This document shows, piece after piece, positions 28,979 through 40,881 of a DNA stretch of 64,000 nt (the stretch's first letter is position 1; each line of letters begins with the position of its first letter). The DNA comes from an uncultured Acidobacteriota bacterium (lineage in GTDB: Bacteria; Acidobacteriota; Thermoanaerobaculia; UBA5066). The stretch is from the NCBI GenBank assembly GCA_963779415.1, contig CAVZYA010000003.1, forward strand, positions 335,561 through 399,560, given 5' to 3'. Both the position numbers and the translations under genes were made by a program. The notes beneath the pieces were generated by a model. The model was not told where the DNA came from. It did no database searches and saw only the letters and a list, made by a program, of their open reading frames with translations.

Positions 28979-30364
28979 ATGGCCACCGTGACCGAATCTG
29001 CCACTCCAGGCGCCAAGCAGGAGACGGCGCCGAAGTCGGCACTGAAGAGAGTGCTGTTCGAGAAGATCAAGGAGCACCGTCCCAGGACGCAAAAGCTGGT
29101 GAAGGAGTTCGGGGATGTCAAGGTGGGCGAGGTGACGATCGCCCAGGCGATCGGCGGGGCCCGCGGGGTCCGCTCTCTCGTCACGGACATCTCCTACCTC
29201 GACCCGTTCGAGGGAATCCGCTTCCGGGGAAAGACGATCCCGGAGACTCTCGCCGCGCTCCCCAAGGTCCCCGGATCCGAATACCCGTTCGTGGAGGCGC
29301 ACTGGTGGTTCCTTCTCACGGGTGAAGTTCCCACGATGGCGCAGACCCTCGAGGTCGTGGAGGACTTCAAGGCTCGCCGCGGCGTCCCGCAATACGTGAT
29401 CGACGTCCTGCGCGCCATGCCTCGCGACACTCACCCGATGACGATGTTCTCGGCGGCCATCATCGCGATGCAGCGCGAGTCGGTCTTCTTCAAGCGGTAC
29501 GGCGAGGGGATGAAGAAGGACGAGTACTGGGATCCGATGTACGAGGACTCCACCAACCTCCTCGCCAAGCTGCCGTCCATCGCCGCCTACATCTACCGGA
29601 TGAAGTTCAAGGCCGACACCCACATCCACGCCAACAAGGACCTCGACTTCGGCGGCAACTTCGCCCACCAGATGGGTTTCGCAAAGCCGTACGACGACGT
29701 GGCGCGGATGTACTTCATCCTCCACTCCGACCACGAATCGGGCAACGTTTCGGCGCATGCGACGCACCTCGTCGCCTCGGCCCTCTCGGACGCCTACTAC
29801 TCCCTCTCCGCCGGCATCAATGGCCTCGCGGGCCCGCTCCACGGCCTGGCGAACCAGGAAGTGCTCCGCTGGATGATGAATTTCCAGAAGAAGCTCGGCG
29901 GGGCCGAGCCGACAGCGGACCTGGTCGAGAAGGCTCTCTGGGACACGCTGAATGCCGGTCAGGTCATTCCCGGCTACGGCCACGCCGTTCTGCGCAAGAC
30001 GGACCCCCGCTACATGGCGCAGCGCGAGTTCTGCCACAAGAACCTTCCCGAGTATCCGCTCTTCAAGCTGATCGACACGATCTTCAAGGTCGCCCCCGAC
30101 GTGCTGACCAAGCACGGGAAGACGAAGAACCCGTGGCCGAACGTGGACGCCCAGTCGGGCGTGATCCAGTGGTACTACGGGCTCACCGAGTGGGACTTCT
30201 ACACCGTCCTGTTCGGCATCGGCCGTGCCATCGGGGTCCTCGCCAACATCACCTGGGACCGGGCCCTCGGCTATGCGATCGAGCGGCCGAAGTCGGTCAC
30301 GACGAAGATGCTCGAGGACGTCGCCTCCAAGGCGATCAAGCACGACGATCTCGGCTCCGACTAG
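28979..30364 (+). CDS. gltA: Citrate (Si)-synthase, eukaryote/mitochondrial type
   Basis: GIRFRGKTIPE, HPMTMFS, HSDHESGNVSAH, NGLAGPLHGLANQEVL, PGYGHAVLRKTDPRY, NPWPNVDA and IERPKS. Confidence 0.95.
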   Translation: MATVTESATPGAKQETAPKSALKRVLFEKIKEHRPRTQKLVKEFGDVKVGEVTIAQAIGGARGVRSLVTDISYLDPFEGIRFRGKTIPETLAALPKVPGSEYPFVEAHWWFLLTGEVPTMAQTLEVVEDFKARRGVPQYVIDVLRAMPRDTHPMTMFSAAIIAMQRESVFFKRYGEGMKKDEYWDPMYEDSTNLLAKLPSIAAYIYRMKFKADTHIHANKDLDFGGNFAHQMGFAKPYDDVARMYFILHSDHESGNVSAHATHLVASALSDAYYSLSAGINGLAGPLHGLANQEVLRWMMNFQKKLGGAEPTADLVEKALWDTLNAGQVIPGYGHAVLRKTDPRYMAQREFCHKNLPEYPLFKLIDTIFKVAPDVLTKHGKTKNPWPNVDAQSGVIQWYYGLTEWDFYTVLFGIGRAIGVLANITWDRALGYAIERPKSVTTKMLEDVASKAIKHDDLGSD

Positions 30365-30388
30365 AGTTCCCTCATTCACTTTCTTCAG

Positions 30389-30421
30389 GCGCCCGGAGAT
30401 GACCCGGGCGCTTTCTTTTTT
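30389..30421 (+). terminator. Intrinsic terminator after citrate synthase
   Basis: gcgcccgg-agatgac-ccgggcgc followed by tttctttttt. Confidence 0.85.
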
Positions 30422-30482
30422 CCGAACAAGTCACTGTAGAAGAGTAATTTAAGAAGTGATTTTAGTGTGACTGACGCAGATA

Positions 30483-30513
30483 TTGAATTGAGCCATCAAT
30501 CTGGATATATACT
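30483..30513 (+). promoter_or_regulatory. Candidate sigma-70 promoter of the first lon
   Basis: AT-rich tract with TTGAAT...TATATACT and an internal inverted repeat attga-gcca-tcaat. Confidence 0.45.
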
Positions 30514-30533
30514 TGGGACGTAGGAACCGACGC

Positions 30534-32945
30534 ATGGCCGAAAACTTTACCCTCCCCATCCTTCCTCTTCGAAATGCGGTCCTCTTCCCCGGTGTCAGCT
30601 TTCCCATCTCGGCTGGCCGGAGCGGAACGCTTCGCGCCATCGACGAGGCGATGAAACACCCCGACCATCTCGTCTTCGCGGTCGCCCAACGGCAGGACCT
30701 CGAAAAGGTCACACCGGAGGGGCTCTACACCGTCGGCACGGTCGCGAGCATCGTGCAGCTCGAGCGAGGCCTCGGAGGCGCCCGGCTCTTTCTTCAGGGG
30801 CAGAGGCGCGGCATCGCCGTCCGGTTCGTCGAGCGCGCAGAAATGCTGGAAGCGGTCGTCGTCGACGCGGCCGAGATGCCGCCTCTCGACCCCGGGGCGC
30901 CGGTCTTCGTCGCCCTCGAAAAGGAAGTGCGCGAACGCGCCGCCGAGCTGGGTCGGCGGCTGGGCCTTCCCGACGAGGCCGCGAACCGGATCCTGGAAGA
31001 GGTGCCCGAACCGGGCCGCCTTGCCGATCTCGTGGCCGGCTATCTCGACATTCCGGCTCCCGAGCGCCAGCACATTCTGGAGACTCTCTCCGTCGAGGAG
31101 CGGCTCCGGAAGGTCGTCGTCCACATCCAGCGACAGATCGCCGTCCTCTCGCTCCAGGAGGACCTCAAGACGAAAGTGCAGGCCGAGATCGGAGACCGTC
31201 AGCGCGAGATGCTCCTGCGCGAGCAGATGAAGGCGATCCAGAAGGAACTCGGCGAGGGAGAAGGGAAGGACGCCGAGGACCTGAAGGAGCTGAAAGCGAA
31301 ACTGGACGGTCTTCCGCTGCCGGAAGAGGCTCGACGCGAAGTCGAGCGCGAATGGGCCCGGCTCGGCCGGCTCGGGCGGGAGTCGATGGAGTCCCAGGTC
31401 GTCCGGACCTTCCTTGAGACGATTGCGGAGCTGCCGTGGGGCGCGCGGAGCGAGGACCATCTCGACGTACGCGAAGCCGCCCGCGTCCTCGACGAGGATC
31501 ACTACGCCCTCTCCGACGTGAAGGACCGGATCCTCGAGTTCCTCGCCGTCCGGCAGCTCGTCTCGACCTCAGGCGGAGATGCCGGACGACCGGGGAAGGG
31601 GAAAATCCTTCTTTTCGCCGGCCCCCCGGGCACCGGCAAGACCTCCATCGCGAAGTCGATCGCGCGGGCCATGGGGCGGAAGTACGTCCGGATCTCGCTC
31701 GGCGGCGCCCGCGACGAGGCGGACATCCGGGGGCACCGGCGCACGTACGTCGGGGCCCTCCCGGGAAGAATCCTGCAGGGGATGCGGCAGGCCGGGACGA
31801 AGAACCCGGTCTTCCTGCTCGACGAGATCGACAAGCTCGGCGTCTCCTTCCAGGGCGATCCGGCAGCGGCGCTGCTCGAGGTCCTCGACCCCGCGCAGAA
31901 CGACAGCTTCACGGACCACTACCTCGGAGTCCCCTTCGACCTTTCCGAGGTCCTCTTCATCGCGACGGCGAACTTCATCCAGAACATCCCGGCGCCGCTC
32001 CTCGACCGGCTCGAGACCGTGGAGTTCTCGGGGTACACGGAGGCCGAGAAGCTGGAAATCGCCCGCCTCTACCTCCTTCCCCGCCAGCTCTCCGAGAACG
32101 GCCTGAAGCCGGGGCAGATTGCGCTCGACGACGCGGCGATCTCGGTCGTCATCTCGAGCTATACGCGGGAAGCCGGGGTCCGCCAGCTCGAGCGCGAGCT
32201 GGGACGGCTCGCGCGAAAGATCGCCCGGAAGATCGCCGCCGGCGAGATCGAGAGCGTCCAGGTCGGCGCCGACCGCGTTCCGACTCTCCTCGGCCGGCCG
32301 AAAGTCCACCCCGAGAAAGCCGACAGCGAGGACCGGATCGGAATCGCTACGGGGATGTACTACACCCCGGCCGGTGGCGACATCATGTTCGTCGAGGCGA
32401 CTCTCATGCGCGGAAAGGGGGACGTGATCCTGACCGGCCAGCTCGGCGACGTCATGAAGGAATCGGCGCGGGCGGCGTGGAGCTATGCCCGCTCACAGGC
32501 GGCCGCCCTGGGAATCCTCGAGGAAGCGCGGGAGCAGGATCTCCACGTCCACGTCCCGGCCGGCGCGATTCCCAAGGACGGCCCCTCGGCCGGCATCGCG
32601 ATGGCCACGGCCATCGTCTCGGCGCTCTCGAAGCGCTCGGTACGGCACGACGTCGCCATGACCGGCGAGATCACGATCTCCGGGCGCGTCCTCCCGATCG
32701 GCGGCCTGAAGGAGAAGGTCCTCGGCGCGGTCCGCGCCGGACTCACGACGATCCTTCTCCCGAAGGAGAACGAGGCCGACCTCGACGACCTCCCGAAGGA
32801 CGTGCGCGGGCGGCTGGAGGTCCTCCCGGTCTCGACCCTCGACGAAGCTCTCGCTCTCACACTCCGGGGGGCGGCGCTCCGCGACGGCCACCTCCTTCTC
32901 CCGGATGTCGAGACCGAGAGCCGGCCGGGTGACCTGAGTCACTGA
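30534..32945 (+). CDS. lon: ATP-dependent Lon protease (paralog 1)
   Basis: [45 protein letters not shown] (Ser) and GGLKEK (Lys). Confidence 0.97.
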   Translation: MAENFTLPILPLRNAVLFPGVSFPISAGRSGTLRAIDEAMKHPDHLVFAVAQRQDLEKVTPEGLYTVGTVASIVQLERGLGGARLFLQGQRRGIAVRFVERAEMLEAVVVDAAEMPPLDPGAPVFVALEKEVRERAAELGRRLGLPDEAANRILEEVPEPGRLADLVAGYLDIPAPERQHILETLSVEERLRKVVVHIQRQIAVLSLQEDLKTKVQAEIGDRQREMLLREQMKAIQKELGEGEGKDAEDLKELKAKLDGLPLPEEARREVEREWARLGRLGRESMESQVVRTFLETIAELPWGARSEDHLDVREAARVLDEDHYALSDVKDRILEFLAVRQLVSTSGGDAGRPGKGKILLFAGPPGTGKTSIAKSIARAMGRKYVRISLGGARDEADIRGHRRTYVGALPGRILQGMRQAGTKNPVFLLDEIDKLGVSFQGDPAAALLEVLDPAQNDSFTDHYLGVPFDLSEVLFIATANFIQNIPAPLLDRLETVEFSGYTEAEKLEIARLYLLPRQLSENGLKPGQIALDDAAISVVISSYTREAGVRQLERELGRLARKIARKIAAGEIESVQVGADRVPTLLGRPKVHPEKADSEDRIGIATGMYYTPAGGDIMFVEATLMRGKGDVILTGQLGDVMKESARAAWSYARSQAAALGILEEAREQDLHVHVPAGAIPKDGPSAGIAMATAIVSALSKRSVRHDVAMTGEITISGRVLPIGGLKEKVLGAVRAGLTTILLPKENEADLDDLPKDVRGRLEVLPVSTLDEALALTLRGAALRDGHLLLPDVETESRPGDLSH

Positions 32946-32997
32946 GGATGAAGGATCGGGCGCCGCAAAGCCCCGTCCTTCTCTATCATTCCGCCGG

Positions 32998-33321
32998 ATG
33001 CATCCTTACCGCTTCCCCCGGAAGAAGGGACGCTTCCTGGTCGAGTTCAGCGACGCCGGAGGCAACCGGCGCATGTCCTTCACGCGTGACCTTTCGCTCA
33101 ACGGCTTCTTCGTCATCTCGGACCACATTCCGAAAGTGAACGAACCGACGACCGTCCGCCTCCACGGCGCGCGCGGAAAAGTCCTGGAGCTCCCGGGAAG
33201 GATCGTCCGGATCGGCCGATCGTCGGCGGCCGGAGGAACGGCCGTCGCGGCGGGTTTCGGATTCCACATCTCCGGCCTGAATGACGATTACATGGCCCTC
33301 GTCGATTCCCTCCCCGCCTGA
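32998..33321 (+). CDS. Stand-alone PilZ domain protein
   Basis: Arg-rich N-terminus RFPRKKGR, the DLSLNG motif (D/NxSxxG) and C-terminal GFGFH. Confidence 0.8.
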   Translation: MHPYRFPRKKGRFLVEFSDAGGNRRMSFTRDLSLNGFFVISDHIPKVNEPTTVRLHGARGKVLELPGRIVRIGRSSAAGGTAVAAGFGFHISGLNDDYMALVDSLPA

Positions 33322-33908
33322 GAGCCTCCCGGCGAGGCGGCGAAGAGGCGCATCGTCCCGCGCCGCCGGAGCGTCGCCCTCTCGATCGAAAAGCCGGCCG
33401 CCTCGACGTTCCGCTCGGTCTCGCGATTGGGGTGGCATCCGCCCGTGAACCAGGTCCAGGCGGGCTGCGAGAGATCCTGAAGACGGCCCGCGACGCGCCC
33501 CGGATCGCGGACGTGCTCGAGCATCCAGAGCCTTCCCCCCGCGGCGAGGACCCGTTTCACCTCCGAAAAGCCGCGCGCGGGCTCCCCGACGGAGCAGAAG
33601 ACGAGCCCGGAGAGGACGACGTCGAAGACTCCTCCGCGGAACGGAAGGGCCTCGGCGCGGGCGAGAACGAGGGGCCTGCCGTGCCCCCTCGCCACGGCCT
33701 TCCGGAGCGACTCGAAACACGGGTCGACCCCGAAGGCGCGAGCATCCCCCGGGAGATTCTCGAGATTCCGTCCCGTCCCGCAGCCGAGGTCGAGGGTCCG
33801 GCCGCGCGCGCCGGAGACGAGCGCGCTCCGGTACGCGCCGAGCCCGAGGGCCTCGAGGAGCGTCATACCGGCGTCATAGAGCCAGGGGATCTGCTCGACG
33901 CCTCGCAC
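33288..33908 (-). CDS. Class I SAM-dependent methyltransferase
   Basis: LDLGCGTG, AEALPF..G.FDVV, FCSV and LEHVR. Start GTG 33908 or ATG 33926. Confidence 0.88.
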   Translation of the reverse strand: MRGVEQIPWLYDAGMTLLEALGLGAYRSALVSGARGRTLDLGCGTGRNLENLPGDARAFGVDPCFESLRKAVARGHGRPLVLARAEALPFRGGVFDVVLSGLVFCSVGEPARGFSEVKRVLAAGGRLWMLEHVRDPGRVAGRLQDLSQPAWTWFTGGCHPNRETERNVEAAGFSIERATLRRRGTMRLFAASPGGSQAGRESTRAM

Positions 33909-33952
33909 GACCCGGCATTCTCCCATCCCCGCCGGCCTGCGATGATCACGCC

Positions 33953-35137
33953 ATGGCCCTCCCAGCCTACGAGCGCGATCCATACCGGACGGACCTCGAT
34001 GCCGAAGTCCTCGCAACGGGCGAGGAGAACGGCCGCCCCTTCGCCATTCTCTCCGACACGATCTTCTATCCCGAAGGGGGCGGCCAGCCTTCCGATCGGG
34101 GAACCCTCGCGGGCGTCGCCGTCCTCGACGTCAGGAAGGCGCCGGACGGGATCCGGCACACCCTCGAACGGACCGTGCCCCGGGGTCCGGCGGCACTTCG
34201 CCTCGACGGGGCGCGCCGCTTCGATCACATGCAGCAGCACACGGGGCAGCACCTTCTCACGGCCGTGGCCGAGGACCGATTCGGCTGGCAGACGACGGCC
34301 TTCCACCTCGGCGAGCGTCTTTGCGACATCGAGCTGGCCGCTCCGAGCCTCGCTCGGGACCGGCTCCGGGCGCTCGAGGAGGCCGTCGCGGCGGAGATCC
34401 GGGCGGCTCGCCCCGTCTCGCCGCGCCGGGTCTCGCCGGAGGAGTTCGCCCGGCTCTCCGTCCGGACACGCGGCCTGCCGGAAGGACACGAAGGGGAGAT
34501 CCGTCTCGTGGAGATCCAGGGCCTCGACCTCAGTACGTGCGGGGGGACGCACCTTCGCACGACGGCGGAGATCGAGCTGCTCGCGTTCCCCGGAACGGAG
34601 CCGGTCCGCGGAGGGACGCGGCTCTTCTTCGCCGCCGGGGGCCGGGCACGCCGGCGTCTCGCGGCTCACGAGGAGCGTGGCGCCGCCCTTCGAAAGCTTC
34701 TCGGCGCCGCGGACGAGGGACTCGTCGCGGCGGTCGAAGAGCGGCTTGCAAAGCTGAAGGACGCCGAGAGACTTCTCAGAGGAAAAGAAGAGGAGGAGGC
34801 CCTGGGGACAGCCGCCGCCCTTGCCCGGGAAGAGGCGACCGTTGTGAGCCGGACATTCGTCGACCGGCCCGCGGCCTTCTTGAATTCCCTTTCGAAGGAA
34901 TTTCTCTCGGCGGCCCCCTCGAAAGCAGGCCTGTTCGCGTCGACGAGCGGCGGCCAGGCGTTCTTTCTTCTCGTCGCGGGACCGGACGCTTCGCTCGACG
35001 TCCCCGCCGCCGGGCGCGAGGTCGCGGCAATCCTCGGCGGGAAGGGGGGCGGCTCGGGGCGCCTCTTCCAGGGAAAGGCCGGATCGCTCGAGGCGCTCCC
35101 TTACGCCCTCGAACGTCTCCGCAAGCTGACCGGTTAG
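33953..35137 (+). CDS. Alanyl-tRNA editing protein (AlaX with DHHA1-like C-terminus)
   Basis: FYPEGGGQPSD, MQQHTGQHLL, CGGTH and GGKGGG. Confidence 0.92.
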   Translation: MALPAYERDPYRTDLDAEVLATGEENGRPFAILSDTIFYPEGGGQPSDRGTLAGVAVLDVRKAPDGIRHTLERTVPRGPAALRLDGARRFDHMQQHTGQHLLTAVAEDRFGWQTTAFHLGERLCDIELAAPSLARDRLRALEEAVAAEIRAARPVSPRRVSPEEFARLSVRTRGLPEGHEGEIRLVEIQGLDLSTCGGTHLRTTAEIELLAFPGTEPVRGGTRLFFAAGGRARRRLAAHEERGAALRKLLGAADEGLVAAVEERLAKLKDAERLLRGKEEEEALGTAAALAREEATVVSRTFVDRPAAFLNSLSKEFLSAAPSKAGLFASTSGGQAFFLLVAGPDASLDVPAAGREVAAILGGKGGGSGRLFQGKAGSLEALPYALERLRKLTG

Positions 35138-35913
35138 GGGCGCTCGACGGGAGGAGAGCGCCCGAGCTTCCGGAGGGTCGCGGCCGGGTCGTTCGTCAGG
35201 ACGGCGTCGCAGCCGAGAAGGCGGTAGTACCAGAGTCGGCCATCGGGCCTCTCGTCGAGCGGGGCGACGAAGAGCCCCCGGCGCCGGGCGAGAGAGACGA
35301 AGAACGGGTTCGCGAAAAGGACCGGCCAGAGGGGGCCGACCATCTGCGCCTCCCCCTTCGGCGGAAGGCTCCCCATCCGCGAGAGGAACCCGGCGAGGAT
35401 CTCCGGAACCTCCCGCTTCACGACGCGGCACCGCTCGAACCGGAACGAAAGAACGGCCGTCCGGTCGAGGAGGCCGTACGACCGCAGGGTCTCGCCGAGT
35501 CGCCGCGCCACCTCCGGCTCGAGGAACCGGTCCGTCTTCAGCTCCAGCGCGAGTCCCGTTCCCGCCGCAAGGAGCGCGATCAGCTCCTCGAGGACCGGAA
35601 CGAGTTCGCCTTCGAACCCCGCCCGCCCGAAGGAAACCGGATGTCTCTTCAGCTCGGCGAGCGTCACGTCGGCGACGGTCACCGCGACGCCTCCCGTCCG
35701 GAGAAGCGTCGGGTCGTGGATGCAGACGAACTTCCCGTCGCGTGTCAGGTGGAGGTCGGTCTCGACGATGTCCGCTCCGTCCCGGACCGCACGCTCGAAG
35801 GACGCGCAGGTGTTCTCGGGCGCCACCGCGCTGTTTCCCCGGTGAGCCATCACGAGCGGCAGGGGCCGTCCGGAGAGCGCGGCCGGGACCTTGGGGAGGG
35901 GGGACGGCGACAT
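35134..35913 (-). CDS. Glycerophosphodiester phosphodiesterase
   Basis: AHRG.S..APENT, VETDLHLTRDG, IHD and LELK. Confidence 0.92.
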   Translation of the reverse strand: MSPSPLPKVPAALSGRPLPLVMAHRGNSAVAPENTCASFERAVRDGADIVETDLHLTRDGKFVCIHDPTLLRTGGVAVTVADVTLAELKRHPVSFGRAGFEGELVPVLEELIALLAAGTGLALELKTDRFLEPEVARRLGETLRSYGLLDRTAVLSFRFERCRVVKREVPEILAGFLSRMGSLPPKGEAQMVGPLWPVLFANPFFVSLARRRGLFVAPLDERPDGRLWYYRLLGCDAVLTNDPAATLRKLGRSPPVERP

Positions 35914-35959
35914 GGGCCGTGGCGATCGTAATCCGATCGGGACGGGCTATGCTTCGGCC

Positions 35960-36442
35960 GTGCGATGTCCGTACTGCGGCGCGACCGACGATCGTGTCGT
36001 CGATTCGCGTGAAAGCCGGGAAGGGGCCGTCATAAGGCGCCGCCGCGAGTGCGCGGCCTGCGAGAGGCGTTTCACTTCGTACGAGACCGTCGAGGAGATT
36101 CCCGTCCTCGTCATCAAGCGCGACGGCCGACGCGAGCCTTTCGACCGGAACAAGCTCCTTCGCGGCCTCATGAAGGCGTGCGAGAAGAGGCCCGTGGAAA
36201 CGCGGCGCCTCGAGCAGATCTGCGAGGAGATCGAGACCGCTCTCCACGCCCGCGAGCCGCGCGAGATGTCGACCGAAGAGCTCGGGACCCGCGTCATGGA
36301 GAGTCTGAAGGAGATCGACCAGGTCGCCTACGTCCGCTTCGCGTCGGTCTACCGCCGATTCGAGGATCTCGGAGACTTCGTGGACGAGCTGAAGACCCTT
36401 CTGGGCCGCCGTCCGGGGGCGCGGAAGCGCCGGGAGGGATGA
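35960..36442 (+). CDS. nrdR: Transcriptional repressor NrdR
   Basis: CPYC, VVDSR, IRRRRECAAC.RRFTSYE, an ATP-cone and VAYVRFASVY. Confidence 0.97.
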   Translation: MRCPYCGATDDRVVDSRESREGAVIRRRRECAACERRFTSYETVEEIPVLVIKRDGRREPFDRNKLLRGLMKACEKRPVETRRLEQICEEIETALHAREPREMSTEELGTRVMESLKEIDQVAYVRFASVYRRFEDLGDFVDELKTLLGRRPGARKRREG

Positions 36443-36866
36443 CGACGATGCCGAAGAGTTCAAGCCCGCGCCGTCCCGTCGCCTTCATTCTCGGGGGCGA
36501 GGGCTCCTTGCCGGGACCGCCTTCCCATCCCCTCGCGCCGCCCGTGGACGTCGTCGAGAGCCCGTCCGGCTGGCGCCTCGTTTTCGAGATCCCCGGCTCG
36601 GTCGCCGAGCGGACCTCCATCGAGGTGAAGGAGCGGGTCGTCGTCGTCCGGGGCGAGCGGCGCCGGACGGAGGGCGACGGCGGCGTTTTCCTCCGTCTCG
36701 AGCGGGTCACCGGACCGTTCGAGCGGGCCCTCGAGCTCCCCGAGGACGCGGACGGCGAGCGCGCGACGGCCTTCTACCAGGACGGCCTCCTCATCCTCGA
36801 CGTCCCGAAACGCGCGGCCGCGAGGGGACGCACGATTCCGATCCGGCGCGCGGATCCGGAGACGAC

Positions 36867-36870
<4 letters not shown>
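36439..36870 (+). CDS. Hsp20/alpha-crystallin small heat-shock protein
   Basis: PPVDVVE, RGER, ERVTGPFERALELP and A.YQDGLL.LDVPK. Confidence 0.9.
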
Positions 36871-39294
<2,424 letters not shown>

Positions 39295-39298
<4 letters not shown>

Positions 39299-40336
39299 AG
39301 AGACTTCCCTCCGAGGACGTCCTCGTCGGGCGGCTCCAGCGTCTCTTCGCCACACGGCGCCGCGACGTCCTGCTCGGCATCGGGGACGACGCCGCCGTCG
39401 TCGCCGGAGTCGGGCGCCTCGTCGCGACGACCGACTCCCTCGTCGAGGGGACCGATTTCCGCAAGGACGCCGACCCGCGCCGCCTCGGGCGGAAAGCGCT
39501 CAGCATGAACCTCTCGGACCTCGCCGCGATGGGGGCGACGCCTCTCTGGTCTCTCCTCGCGCTCGGACTCCCCCGCCGGACGGACCCGGCCTGGTTCGAC
39601 GCGTTCACCGAGGGAGTCCGCGAGGTGGCGCAGGAGAACGGTGTCGCCGTCGTCGGCGGGGACCTTTCGGCCGCTCCGACGCTCTTCGCCTCCATCACCG
39701 TTCTCGGCCGTGCTCCCCGGAAAGGGGTCCTTCGCCGCGACACGGCGAGATCCGGCGATCTTCTCTACGTCTCCGGAACGCTCGGGAGCGCCGCCGCCGG
39801 CTTCCTGCTCCTCGAGGCGGGCTACCGCCTCCGGCCGGACAAGACGGTTCGATGTCCGGGACGGTCGCGGCTCCTTCCGACCCGGGCTGCGGAGGTCGCG
39901 CGTCTGATACGGCATCACGTCGACCCGCGCCCGAAGCTCGAGCTGGGGCGCGCCCTCGCGGACGGAGGCGTCGCCTCCGCCGCCATCGACCTCTCGGACG
40001 GGCTCTCAAGGGATCTTCACCGCCTCTGCCGCGCGTCGGGCCGATCCGCGACACTCGAGGTCGAAAGCCTCCCCGTCGACACCGGAATCCGGGAGCTCGA
40101 CGGCCTCGTTCGCCTCGATCCGCTTCGCCTCGCGCTCTTCGGGGGAGAGGACTACGGCCTTCTCTTCACGGTGCCGAAGCGGAGGCGCCCGCTCGCCGAT
40201 CGGCTCGCGGCGCGATTCCCGATCCGGGCCATCGGCGTCCTCGATGACCGGCGGCGAGCCGGGAACGGTCGTCCTCCACGCGGCCGACGGTCCTCGGCCT
40301 CTCCCCGACGCGGGGTGGGACCACTTTGAAAGATAA
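39295..40336 (+). CDS. thiL: Thiamine-monophosphate kinase (frameshift near 40250)
   Basis: [29 protein letters not shown] and GGEDY.LLFT. The shifted frame restores the conserved C-terminus GWDHF, stop at 40336. Confidence 0.93.
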
Positions 40337-40874
40337 GCGGAGCTTCCGGGTCCGGTTCCTCGAGATGCTCGGACGGGACGACCCGCCCGAGAAGGTCGCG
40401 GCCTCCTTCGCCCTCGGCGTCACGATCTCCTTCACGCCGCTGATCGGCTTTCACTGGCTCATCGCCCTCGCGCTCGCCGTCGTCCTGAAGCTGAACAAGG
40501 TCGACATCCTCCTCGGGACGTTCGCCGTCAACCCCTTCACGATCGGACCGCTCGCGGCCATCGCCGTTCCGATCGGGCGGTTCGTCCTCCGGGCCGAGCG
40601 GGAAGCGCTCACCCACCTTCCGTGGCGCGAATTTCTGAGCCTTTCGTTCTGGGTCCAGGCCGGTCCGCGAATGCGCGCCATCGGCCTCCAGTGGGGCGCC
40701 GGGATGCTGGTCCTCGGCCTCGTCGCCGGGTCGCTCACCTACGTCATCCTTGTGAACGTCATCCGGGCCCACCGCGCCCGCCTCGCCGCCGCGGACGCCG
40801 TCCCGCCGGGCGGCATCCCCGAGCACGGCATGCCCGAAGACGAAGAGCCCGAGCCTCCCGGCTTCCAGCTCTGA
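40326..40874 (+). CDS. DUF2062 family membrane protein
   Basis: P.KVAASFALGV.ISFTPL.G.H, LNK, NPFT and a C-terminal TM helix. Confidence 0.8.
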   Translation: MKDKRSFRVRFLEMLGRDDPPEKVAASFALGVTISFTPLIGFHWLIALALAVVLKLNKVDILLGTFAVNPFTIGPLAAIAVPIGRFVLRAEREALTHLPWREFLSLSFWVQAGPRMRAIGLQWGAGMLVLGLVAGSLTYVILVNVIRAHRARLAAADAVPPGGIPEHGMPEDEEPEPPGFQL

Positions 40875-40881
40875 TCCGGGG

